A program made the translations under genes and the position numbers. This document shows, one piece after another, positions 56,175-64,000 of a stretch of 64,000 bases of DNA; the first letter of the stretch is position 1; every line of letters begins with the position of its first letter. Under the pieces are notes generated by a model. That model saw nothing but the letters and a program-made list of their open reading frames with translations, was not told where the DNA came from and searched no databases. Where the stretch lies: assembly GCF_030696885.1 (NCBI RefSeq), contig NZ_JAUYRI010000017.1, positions 161,212 to 225,211 of the forward strand. The letters are read 5' to 3'. The DNA comes from Thiobacillus sp. GTDB taxonomy: Bacteria; Pseudomonadota; Gammaproteobacteria; Burkholderiales; Thiobacillaceae.

Positions 56175-57701
56175 TTATCGCAGGTTGAAGTAGAGAGTCA
56201 TGATCACCAGCACGGCGAGCAGGCCGGCGATCGCGCCGAGCCATTTGTTGCGCGCGTGCTGTTGTTGCAGCATCAGGGTGAGGCCGGCTTCCAGCTGGCC
56301 CAGGCGGTTTTCGTTCAGCGCCTGGTGTGCCAGCCGCGGCAGTTGCGGCAGCAGCGCCGCCCACTTGGGCGCTTCGTTCTGGATGTTCTTAACCAGTGCG
56401 CGCCAGCCCATCTGCTCGTTCATCCAGCGCTCGAGGAAGGGCTTGGCGGTCTTCCACAGGTCGAGCTCCGGGTCAAGCTGGCGACCGAGGCCTTCGATGT
56501 TGAGCAGGGTTTTTTGCAACAACACCAGTTGCGGCTGGATTTCCACGTTGAAGCGGCGCGAGGCCTGGAACAGCTGCAGCAGCACGCGGCCGAAGGATAT
56601 CTCCTTCAGCGGGCGGTCGAACACCGGCTCGCACACCGCGCGCACCGCCGCCTCGAGTTCGTCGATGCGGGTGTCCGCCGGCACCCAGCCGGACTCCAGG
56701 TGCGCCAGCGCCACCGCCTTGTAGTCGCGGCGGAAGAAGGCAAGGAAGTTGCGCGCGAGGTACTGCTTGTCGACCTCGGTGAGCGTGCCCATGATGCCGA
56801 AGTCCAGGGCAATGTATTGCTCGGAACCGGGGCGAACCAGAATGTTGCCGGGGTGCATGTCGGCGTGGAAAAAGCCGTCGCGGAACACCTGGGTGAAGAA
56901 GATTTCCACCCCGGTGGCGGCCAGTTTCGGAATGTCGACGCCGGATCCACGCAGCCGCTCGATCTGGCTGACCGGGATACCGTCCATGCGGTCCATCACC
57001 ATGACGTCGTGATCGCAGTAGTCCCAGTACACCTCGGGCACCAGCAGCAGTGGCGAATCCTTGAAGTTGCGCCGCAACTGCGAGCAATTGGCAGCCTCGC
57101 GAATCAGGTCGAGCTCGTCTTCCAGATGCTTTTCGAATTCCGCCACCACTTCACGCGGGCGCAGCCGTTTGCCGTCGGCGAAGAGCTTCTCAAGCAGCCC
57201 GGCGGCGGCATACAGCAGCGACACGTCGTGCGCGATCACCGGCGCGATGCCGGGGCGCAGCACTTTCACCGCGGCGGCGGTGCCGTCATGAAGGCGCGCG
57301 AAGTGCACCTGCGCCACCGAGGCGGAGGCGACCGGGGTGGCGTCGAATTCGGCGAAAACCTCGGCGAGCGGCCTTTTGTAGGCGGTTTCCAGCGTGGCGA
57401 TGGCCTGGATCGAGGGGAAGGGCGGCACCCGGTCCTGTAGCTGGGCGAGTTCGTCGGCGATGTCGAGCGGCACCAGGTCGCGCCGGGTCGAGAGCATCTG
57501 GCCGAACTTGACGAAGATCGGTCCCAGCGCCTCCAGCGCGCGGCGCAGCCGCACCCCGCGTGGTTCGGTCAGCGGCCGCCAGAAGAGCGTCGCGCGCACC
57601 AGCCAACGCAGTGGACGTACCCGCTCGTGGCCGAGGAAGAATTCCTCCAGCCCGAAGCGCAGGCCGACCGTGAGGATACGGGCGAGGCGCAGCAGTTTCA
57701 T
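56175..57701 (-). CDS. ubiB: ubiquinone biosynthesis kinase-like protein UbiB
   Basis: [15 protein letters not shown]; ASASVAQVH; [10 protein letters not shown]; ALDFGIM. Confidence 0.96.
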   Translation of the reverse strand: MKLLRLARILTVGLRFGLEEFFLGHERVRPLRWLVRATLFWRPLTEPRGVRLRRALEALGPIFVKFGQMLSTRRDLVPLDIADELAQLQDRVPPFPSIQAIATLETAYKRPLAEVFAEFDATPVASASVAQVHFARLHDGTAAAVKVLRPGIAPVIAHDVSLLYAAAGLLEKLFADGKRLRPREVVAEFEKHLEDELDLIREAANCSQLRRNFKDSPLLLVPEVYWDYCDHDVMVMDRMDGIPVSQIERLRGSGVDIPKLAATGVEIFFTQVFRDGFFHADMHPGNILVRPGSEQYIALDFGIMGTLTEVDKQYLARNFLAFFRRDYKAVALAHLESGWVPADTRIDELEAAVRAVCEPVFDRPLKEISFGRVLLQLFQASRRFNVEIQPQLVLLQKTLLNIEGLGRQLDPELDLWKTAKPFLERWMNEQMGWRALVKNIQNEAPKWAALLPQLPRLAHQALNENRLGQLEAGLTLMLQQQHARNKWLGAIAGLLAVLVIMTLYFNLR

Positions 57702-58303
57702 GCGGGCCGCGGTTGCGCGTCCTGTTCGGGGGGGCGGGCTTCCAGCACACGCAGCCGCGCGTCGAGTCGTGCAGCATCGTCGGCCAGCGTATCGACCTCG
57801 CGGTTGAAGCGCGCCACGTCGACACCACGCGCCATCATTTCGGCTTCCTCGACCACATATTCGCTGGCGTTGTGCCCGAGCGCGGCGGCGGCGTGGGCGA
57901 GCCCCGCCAGGACATCGCGGCCGAACGCATGCAGACGATGCGCAGCGACATCGCCCACGACGGGCGCGAGGTCGGCCTCGACACCCCAGTCGAGCTGTTT
58001 GAATACGCGATCGAGCGTGGCGAGCAGTGCCGGGTCGCCGCTGTAGTCGGCGTGGCGCAATGCTTCGCGGCCGAAAAACGGCAGTCGGGCGACGAGCGCC
58101 GGGGTGGGACGGATGATGGCGTCAGGCACATCGACCACCGCCTCGGAAAAGCAGCCGTCGTCGGCGATGCAGAAATCGAACTGTGCGAGCGTGAGATCAA
58201 AGCGCACGCTCGCGCCGGCATGGCGGACGAGCATCTCGGCCGCACCGGGCGTTTGCTGCAGCAGATGATTCAGGCTGCGCTCGATGAGGGCTTCAGGAAT
58301 CAA
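57698..58303 (-). CDS. ubiJ: ubiquinone biosynthesis accessory factor UbiJ (SCP2 domain)
   Basis: Lies between ubiE and ubiB; [27 protein letters not shown]-terminal coiled coil. Confidence 0.82.
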   Translation of the reverse strand: MIPEALIERSLNHLLQQTPGAAEMLVRHAGASVRFDLTLAQFDFCIADDGCFSEAVVDVPDAIIRPTPALVARLPFFGREALRHADYSGDPALLATLDRVFKQLDWGVEADLAPVVGDVAAHRLHAFGRDVLAGLAHAAAALGHNASEYVVEEAEMMARGVDVARFNREVDTLADDAARLDARLRVLEARPPEQDAQPRPA

Positions 58304-59034
58304 ACCTTGAAGCCCTTATGCAGGGCCACCACGCCGGCCGTCAGGTTGTGGTAGCTGACCTTGGCGAAGCCGGCGGCTTCCATCAGGGTTTTCAGTTCCT
58401 CTTGGCCGGGGTGCATGCGGATCGACTCGGCCAGGTACTGGTAACTGTCGGCGTCCTGGGCGACCAGCTTGCCCATCAGCGGCAATAATTTGAAGGAATA
58501 CAGGTCGTAGGCGGGTTCCAGCGGCTTCCAGACCTTGGAGAACTCCAGCACCAGCAAGCGGCCACCGGGCTTCAGGACGCGATTCATCTCGGCGAGCGCC
58601 TGATCCTTGTGGGTCATGTTCCTGAGGCCGAAGGCGACCGACACGCAGTCGAAATAATTGTCGGGGAAGGGCAGCCGTTCGCCGTCGCACTGCACCGTGG
58701 GGGGCATTTTTCCCTCGTTCAGCATGCGGTCGCGGCCTTCGCGCAGCATGGAAAAGTTGATGTCGGTGAGCAGCACGGTGCCGGTTTCGCCGACTTCTTT
58801 CAAAAACAGACGGGTCAGGTCGGCGGTGCCGCCGGCGACGTCGAGCACGCGCATCCCAGGCCGCAGCCCCGCCTGCGCCACCGCAAAACGCTTCCACAGC
58901 CGGTGCAGGCCGGCCGACATGAGGTCGTTCATGAGGTCGTACTGGGCCGCGACCGAATGGAAGACCTCGGCCACCTTGGCGGCTTTTTCGGACTCGGCGA
59001 CCTGCTTGTAGCCGAAATGGGTGGTTTTATCCAT
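58300..59034 (-). CDS. ubiE: ubiquinone/menaquinone C-methyltransferase
   Basis: TTHFGY; [17 protein letters not shown]; LDVAGGTAD; AFGLRN; [10 protein letters not shown]. Confidence 0.97.
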   Translation of the reverse strand: MDKTTHFGYKQVAESEKAAKVAEVFHSVAAQYDLMNDLMSAGLHRLWKRFAVAQAGLRPGMRVLDVAGGTADLTRLFLKEVGETGTVLLTDINFSMLREGRDRMLNEGKMPPTVQCDGERLPFPDNYFDCVSVAFGLRNMTHKDQALAEMNRVLKPGGRLLVLEFSKVWKPLEPAYDLYSFKLLPLMGKLVAQDADSYQYLAESIRMHPGQEELKTLMEAAGFAKVSYHNLTAGVVALHKGFKV

Positions 59035-59172
59035 GGCAGTGGGGATGAGCGGATCAGCCGGGAATTCTATCAGCGCACAGGCTGGCGGGGGCGCGCGCGG
59101 ACAAGCAGTCTGCTGAAACACTTTCCGGATAGCCGCGTCGCGACCCCGGAGCGCGCTTCAGCAGCCAACTCG

Positions 59173-59201
59173 GTGTCATAAATCAGTCATACTGCTGTCA
59201 T
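59173..59201 (+). promoter_or_regulatory. Pho box (three 7-bp units at 11-bp period)
   Basis: GTGTCAT-aaat-CAGTCAT-actg-CTGTCAT, 35 nt upstream of phoB. Confidence 0.88.
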
Positions 59202-59236
59202 AGGATGGCCTCCCACCCAATACGCGCGGAACCCCC

Positions 59237-59929
59237 ATGGCTGCCAATATTCTGCTGGTCGAAGACGAACCCGGGATCCAGGAACTGCTGAAATTCAATC
59301 TGGCGCAGGCCGGCCATCAGGTCACCACCGCCGGCGACGCCGAGCATGCGCTGAAATTCCTCAAGAACACCCTGCCCGACGTCATCCTGCTCGACTGGAT
59401 GCTGCCCGGCATGTCCGGCATCGATTTGTGCAAGCGCCTGCGCAGCGACGAGCGCTACCAGCCGATCCCGATCATCATGCTGACCGCGCGTGGCGAGGAA
59501 CGCGACAAGGTGCTTGGGCTGGACACCGGCGCCGACGACTACATCACCAAGCCGTTTTCCCCGCGCGAGCTGGTGTCGCGCATCAAGGCTGTATTGCGCC
59601 GCCGTGCGCCGCAGATGACCGACGAGCCGGTGGAAATCAATGGCCTGAGGCTCGACCCCAGCAGTCACCGGGTGCAGGGCAAAGGCCAGGCGCTGGAACT
59701 GGGGCCGACCGAATTCCGCCTGCTGCACTTCTTCATGACCCACCCCGAACGCGTGTATTCGCGCACCCAACTGCTCGACCAGGTGTGGGGCGACGACGTG
59801 TTCGTCGAGGAGCGCACCGTGGATGTCCACATCCGCCGTCTGCGGCTGGCGCTCGAGCCGTCCGCCCACGCCGGGCTGATCCAGACGGTGCGCGGGTCGG
59901 GCTATCGCTTTTCGGCCGAAGTGGGATAA
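59237..59929 (+). CDS. phoB: phosphate regulon response regulator PhoB
   Basis: LLDWMLPG; [12 protein letters not shown]; [12 protein letters not shown]; [10 protein letters not shown]. Confidence 0.97.
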   Translation: MAANILLVEDEPGIQELLKFNLAQAGHQVTTAGDAEHALKFLKNTLPDVILLDWMLPGMSGIDLCKRLRSDERYQPIPIIMLTARGEERDKVLGLDTGADDYITKPFSPRELVSRIKAVLRRRAPQMTDEPVEINGLRLDPSSHRVQGKGQALELGPTEFRLLHFFMTHPERVYSRTQLLDQVWGDDVFVEERTVDVHIRRLRLALEPSAHAGLIQTVRGSGYRFSAEVG

Positions 59930-59963
59930 TCAGGGCACCTCAGGTTTCATCGGACAGGTCAAT

Positions 59964-61307
59964 ATGGGTTTCTGGTGGCGTCCGCTCGGTGTGCTGGCCA
60001 GCGTCATGCTGGTGGCGCTGTTCTTGTGGGCAGGCTGGGGCTGGGTCGCCGCTCTCGGCTTTCTGGCGGGCATCCAGGCCTTCGTGATGGTGCGCCGCCT
60101 GTGGCAGGAATTCCGCCTCGCGCGCTGGCTGGAAAACCCCGACGAAGTGGAACCGCCCGACGCCAATGGCACCTGGGGCGACATCTTCTACCGGCTGCAA
60201 AAACTGCAGCGCCGCCAGAAAGCCAGCCGCAGCGAACTCACCAATGCGCTCGAACAGTTCGAGCACGCCGCGATGGCGGTGCCCGACGGCATGATCATCC
60301 TCAACAGCAACGATCAGATCGAGTGGTGCAATCCGGCCTCGCGCATATACATGGGGATGGACTGCGACCGCGACCGCGGCCAGTTCGTCCGCTATTTGCT
60401 GCGACAGGCGCATTTCCTGGAGTTTCTCGATGCCGCCGATTATTCGCGCCGGCTGGTCTGCAAGTCTCCGGTCAACCGCGAAATCACGCTGTCGATGCAG
60501 CTGGTGCCGTTTGGCGAAAGCAAGAAACTGCTGGTCGCGCGCGACATCACCGACCTCGAGCGGGTCGATGCGATGCGGCGCGACTTCATTGCCAACGTCT
60601 CGCACGAACTGCGCACGCCGCTGACCGTGGTCGGCGGTTTCGTCGAAACCCTGGCGGATGCGCCCGAGCTGCCGGCTGCCGAAAGCCGCCGGTATTTCGA
60701 CCTGATGCTCGACCATACCCGGCGCATGCAGCGCCTGCTCGACGATCTGCTGACCCTGTCACGCCTGGAAAGCGCCGAGCACGCGCTGAAGGACGAAACC
60801 ATCAATGTGCCCGAACTGGCCCTGGCGCTGAAAGCCGAAGCCGAATCGCTGAGCCGCGGACGTCACCGGATCCGTCTGGACATCGACAGCGACGCCTGGC
60901 TGAAGGGCAACCTGCAGGAAATCCGTAGTGCGCTCGGCAACCTGGTATCGAACGCGGTGCGCTACACGCCAGAAGGCGGCGAAATCACGCTGGCCTGGCG
61001 CGCGCGCAACGGGGAGGGTGTCTTTTCCGTGACCGATACCGGCGAAGGCATCGCCGCCGAACACATCCCGCGCCTGACCGAGCGCTTCTACCGCGTCGAT
61101 CGCAGCCGCTCGCGCGAAACCGGCGGCACCGGGCTGGGGCTCGCCATCGTCAAGCATGTGCTGACGCGCCACGATGCGCGGCTGGACATCCAGTCCATCC
61201 CCGGCAAGGGCAGCACGTTCTCCGCCTGCTTTCCCACCACCCGGCTGCAGTCCGCGCCGGAAGGCGCGACCGTCATTCCGTTTCCGGAACGCCAAGCCGC
61301 AGGGTAA
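59964..61307 (+). CDS. phoR: phosphate regulon sensor kinase PhoR
   Basis: PAS domain; DFIANVSHELRTPLTV; NLVSNAVRYT; GGTGLGLAIVKH. Confidence 0.96.
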   Translation: MGFWWRPLGVLASVMLVALFLWAGWGWVAALGFLAGIQAFVMVRRLWQEFRLARWLENPDEVEPPDANGTWGDIFYRLQKLQRRQKASRSELTNALEQFEHAAMAVPDGMIILNSNDQIEWCNPASRIYMGMDCDRDRGQFVRYLLRQAHFLEFLDAADYSRRLVCKSPVNREITLSMQLVPFGESKKLLVARDITDLERVDAMRRDFIANVSHELRTPLTVVGGFVETLADAPELPAAESRRYFDLMLDHTRRMQRLLDDLLTLSRLESAEHALKDETINVPELALALKAEAESLSRGRHRIRLDIDSDAWLKGNLQEIRSALGNLVSNAVRYTPEGGEITLAWRARNGEGVFSVTDTGEGIAAEHIPRLTERFYRVDRSRSRETGGTGLGLAIVKHVLTRHDARLDIQSIPGKGSTFSACFPTTRLQSAPEGATVIPFPERQAAG

Positions 61308-61695
61308 GCGCCGCTGCAAGCTGCGATTCCAGCGCGGCAGGTGCGCCGTGCGGCGTATCCCGTAGCCGATCGCCCCACACCGGATTGGGAAAATGCGGAT
61401 CGTCCGCAAAGCGCGGGATCACATGCCAGTGCAGATGCGGCACCAGATTGCCGAGCGAGGCGAGGTTGACCTTGTCCGGCGCCAGCACCTCGCGCAGCGC
61501 CGCTTCGGCGGCGAACACCGCCCGCATCAACGCCGCCTGGTCGGCCGCCGACAAATCCGTCATTTCCTTCACATGGGCGTTCAGAATCACCCGCAGAAAG
61601 CCGGGGTAATCCGGCTCGTCAGCGAGCACCACGCGGCATAAATCGTCCTGCCACAACACGGCGCCGCTCGGCGAATCGCACAACGGACATGACAT
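61273..61695 (-). CDS. HIT family hydrolase
   Basis: CPLC; KVNLASLGNLVPHLHWHVIPRF; convergent 35-nt overlap with phoR. Confidence 0.88.
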   Translation of the reverse strand: MSCPLCDSPSGAVLWQDDLCRVVLADEPDYPGFLRVILNAHVKEMTDLSAADQAALMRAVFAAEAALREVLAPDKVNLASLGNLVPHLHWHVIPRFADDPHFPNPVWGDRLRDTPHGAPAALESQLAAALTLRLGVPETE

Positions 61696-61910
61696 CTTCG
61701 GCCCCAAATAAACGAAAGCCCAGCATCTTGCGGGGCGTGAGCATGTCTGACAAGCAACAAAACCGTAAATAAAAAATGAAGATGAAGATATTGACAAACC
61801 AAAAATAGTTCCCGTAGAGTTCGGCCCACATATGGTCCGCGCAAAGTACGCAGGCCGACGTTGCGGAAAAATAAAGTAGTCACACACAAATGCACTCTGG
61901 GAGGAGAAGC

Positions 61911-64000
61911 ATGAGCTACCATTTTTCCGTCGGCCGTCGGCCGGTATTGAAATCGCGCCTACAGCATGCATGGGAGCACACCATGCATAAACTAGCCCCG
62001 CTCCTTGTCCTGCCGCTGGCCTTCGCTGCGGCGCTCCCAGCCCATTCCGCCACAGTCCCTGGTGCCACCCCCGGCAACTTCGGCGTCAGCGAATCCGGCG
62101 CCGCCACTTACAGCGTTCTCGTCGTCGTGCCGCCGGGCACCGCCGGATTGGAACCCAAGCTTTCGCTAAACTATTCAAGCCAGAGCGGAAACGGCATCGC
62201 AGGTGTTGGCTGGTCGGTTGGCGGGCAGTCCGCTATCACCCGCTGCCCCCAAACTATCATCCATGATGGCGCAACGCGCGGCGTTCAGCTTGATGCCGGA
62301 GATCGTTTCTGCCTCGATGGCCAGCGTTTGATACTGACTGCGGGCGCAAGTTATGGCGCAGTTGGCGCTGAATATCGCACCGAAATCGAATCCTTCTCGA
62401 AAGTCGTTTCAATCGGCGGCGGGGCGGGCGACCCGCAATCTTTTCTTGTCAAAACCAAGGCCGGTCAAGTCATCGAGTTTGGCAACACAGCTGATTCTCG
62501 CGCCGAGGCGCAGGGGAAGAGCCTCGCCGCCGCCTGGGCTATTAACAAAATCAGCGACACCGTCGGCAACTACATGGCGTTTTCTTATACTGAAGACAAT
62601 GTCAACGGTGAACACCGTATCGCTCGTATTGACTACACCGGGAATTCGGCAGGCAGTCTTGCCCCCTACAACGCAGTGACGTTTCAGTATGAGACGCGGC
62701 CAGACGTCGAGGTTGGATATGTGAGGGGCTCGAAGTCTCAGACAGGGCAGCGACTGGCAAAAATTTTGACCTATGAGGCCGAAAATCTAGTCAAGGATTA
62801 CAGCTTGAACTATGAAACCGGAGTCACTACTGGCAGATCACGCTTGGTCAGCGTGACAGAATGCGCGGGGAATGGCGATTGCCTGAATCCTACGACCTTT
62901 GCCTGGCAAGAGGGTGAAGCGGGGTTGAGTGCAACGGCGGAGAACACGGGGATCCCTGATGCCAATGCATTGTATACACGTGCGATTGACGTTAATGGTG
63001 ATGGCATGACAGATCTCGTGTATCCCGCGGGGGCTACATGGAAGGTGCGCTTGAGCGAGGGGGTCGCCTTCTCATCGGAAATCGATACCGGAATCGCTAG
63101 CACGGGTTATCAATACGCGCGCCCCGTCGACTTTAATGCCGATGGCCGCATCGATATGCTGGTTCCCTACGCTAATGGGCGCTGGTACCTCATGCGCGCA
63201 ACGGACAATCCTGCGGCACCATTTGACGTTCCTGTCGATACCGGGATCGTGGATGGCGGTAAGGCGGCGAATCCTCAGTTACTGGATATCAATGGAGACG
63301 GCTACCCGGACATCGTTCATGCCCATGATTCTTACTGGTACTCCGCGTTGGGCAATGGCGTAGGTTTTGGTGCCGACACGAAAAGCAATATGCCTTACGT
63401 GCAGAATGGCTACGGTTTTTACGCCTTTGATTGGGGGAGACCCGTTGACTTTCAGGGGGATGGGTTGGCTGATGTGCTGATCCCGCGCCTTTATCAGCGT
63501 TATCTCTGTGGGGGGTTTGCTATTTGCGAAGATATCCGCTGGGATGTACTTTCGCGTCCGGGCACCGGGCCGCTTACCAGCCTACCCACTAACATCACTG
63601 CCAATTTGTATTCCGGAATCGCGGGTACAGGCGTGATTTACGTCCAAAAAAGTCAGCAAGCCATTGACATCAACAGAGATGGCAATACCGACTTGCTGAG
63701 TATGGGCCCTAATGGAGCGGGTGGCGCTTCGTGGTGGTTATGCCAAAACTGGGGCGGCGATCTTGCGCATTGCTCGAACACCACATTTGGTGCGCCGTCT
63801 GTTGGGCAGGTCATGATCCAGACAGACTGGAACAGCGACGGCAAGCCTGACATGCTGGTTGCGACCAATGGTGGTGCAGGCAACTGGTCTGTTTATCAAA
63901 CCAATAGCAATGGCATGGGCATGACCCAGCTAGCCAGTGGAATATCCCAACAAGGTTATAACGCCAACCCTCTCGTCGGCGACTTCAACGGCGATGGATT
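61911..64000 (+). CDS. SpvB/TcB-like N-terminal domain + FG-GAP/VCBS repeats; 5' part of a probable Rhs/YD-repeat toxin-like protein (runs off the window, not in the ORF track)
   Basis: Hand translation is consistent with one frame where checked. Start is ATG 61911 (after a GGAGGAG RBS) or in-frame ATG 61983. Motifs: signal-like LAPLLVLPLAFAAALPAHSA; VSESGAATYS...PPGTAGLEPKLSLNYSSQSGNGIAGVGW; RFCLDGQRL; DVNGDGMTDLV; GDFNGDG. Confidence 0.85.
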   Translation, partial: MSYHFSVGRRPVLKSRLQHAWEHTMHKLAPLLVLPLAFAAALPAHSATVPGATPGNFGVSESGAATYSVLVVVPPGTAGLEPKLSLNYSSQSGNGIAGVGWSVGGQSAITRCPQTIIHDGATRGVQLDAGDRFCLDGQRLILTAGASYGAVGAEYRTEIESFSKVVSIGGGAGDPQSFLVKTKAGQVIEFGNTADSRAEAQGKSLAAAWAINKISDTVGNYMAFSYTEDNVNGEHRIARIDYTGNSAGSLAPYNAVTFQYETRPDVEVGYVRGSKSQTGQRLAKILTYEAENLVKDYSLNYETGVTTGRSRLVSVTECAGNGDCLNPTTFAWQEGEAGLSATAENTGIPDANALYTRAIDVNGDGMTDLVYPAGATWKVRLSEGVAFSSEIDTGIASTGYQYARPVDFNADGRIDMLVPYANGRWYLMRATDNPAAPFDVPVDTGIVDGGKAANPQLLDINGDGYPDIVHAHDSYWYSALGNGVGFGADTKSNMPYVQNGYGFYAFDWGRPVDFQGDGLADVLIPRLYQRYLCGGFAICEDIRWDVLSRPGTGPLTSLPTNITANLYSGIAGTGVIYVQKSQQAIDINRDGNTDLLSMGPNGAGGASWWLCQNWGGDLAHCSNTTFGAPSVGQVMIQTDWNSDGKPDMLVATNGGAGNWSVYQTNSNGMGMTQLASGISQQGYNANPLVGDFNGDG

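Noticed and set aside
61273-61307. Convergent 35-nt overlap of phoR and the HIT gene
   Set aside because: Short tail-to-tail overlaps are common; no further evidence of antisense regulation.
62353-63883. Small ORFs listed in the last 2 kb
   Set aside because: Alternative frames of the single long SpvB/FG-GAP gene that runs off the window.

Overview
High-GC betaproteobacterial chromosome, most likely Thiobacillus. The main clue is the two-domain APS kinase with a degenerate ATP-sulfurylase domain, which matches what I recall of the T. denitrificans enzyme. Housekeeping blocks: fimV-like (truncated at the left edge), dgkA, gcvT-H-PA-(DUF3144)-tpx-PB under a tandem glycine riboswitch, aroQ-accBC-prmA, system II cytochrome c biogenesis with cytochrome c4, yihA, hemB, mrcA, pilMNOPQ, aroK, ubiEJB, phoBR, HIT. 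These surround a large PEP-CTERM/exosortase-associated region: a TIGR03013-type sugar transferase, prsK, prsR, two prsT paralogs, and three PEP-CTERM genes that each carry the same UAS-IHF-sigma54 promoter cassette. Best candidate for an undescribed system is 18.7-25.3 kb, between hemB and a PEP-CTERM gene: a FeeM-like N-acyl amino acid synthase, a PP-loop amidotransferase-like enzyme, an adenylating ligase, a thioester-reductase-like SDR and a VAO/PCMH-family flavoprotein. It looks like a lipo-amino-acid tailoring pathway tied to the PEP-CTERM system. Other signals: (1) five architecturally identical heptamer-arm hairpins that fill gene junctions; (2) a four-hairpin anti-hemB-like sRNA with anti-Shine-Dalgarno loops; (3) a compositionally foreign 3' half of pilQ; (4) a putative sulfation module where aroB usually follows aroK; (5) the 5' end of an SpvB/FG-GAP (Rhs/TcB-like) gene at the right edge. 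No rRNA, tRNA, CRISPR, transposase or integrase was seen. All assignments come from reading motifs by eye; no searches were run.
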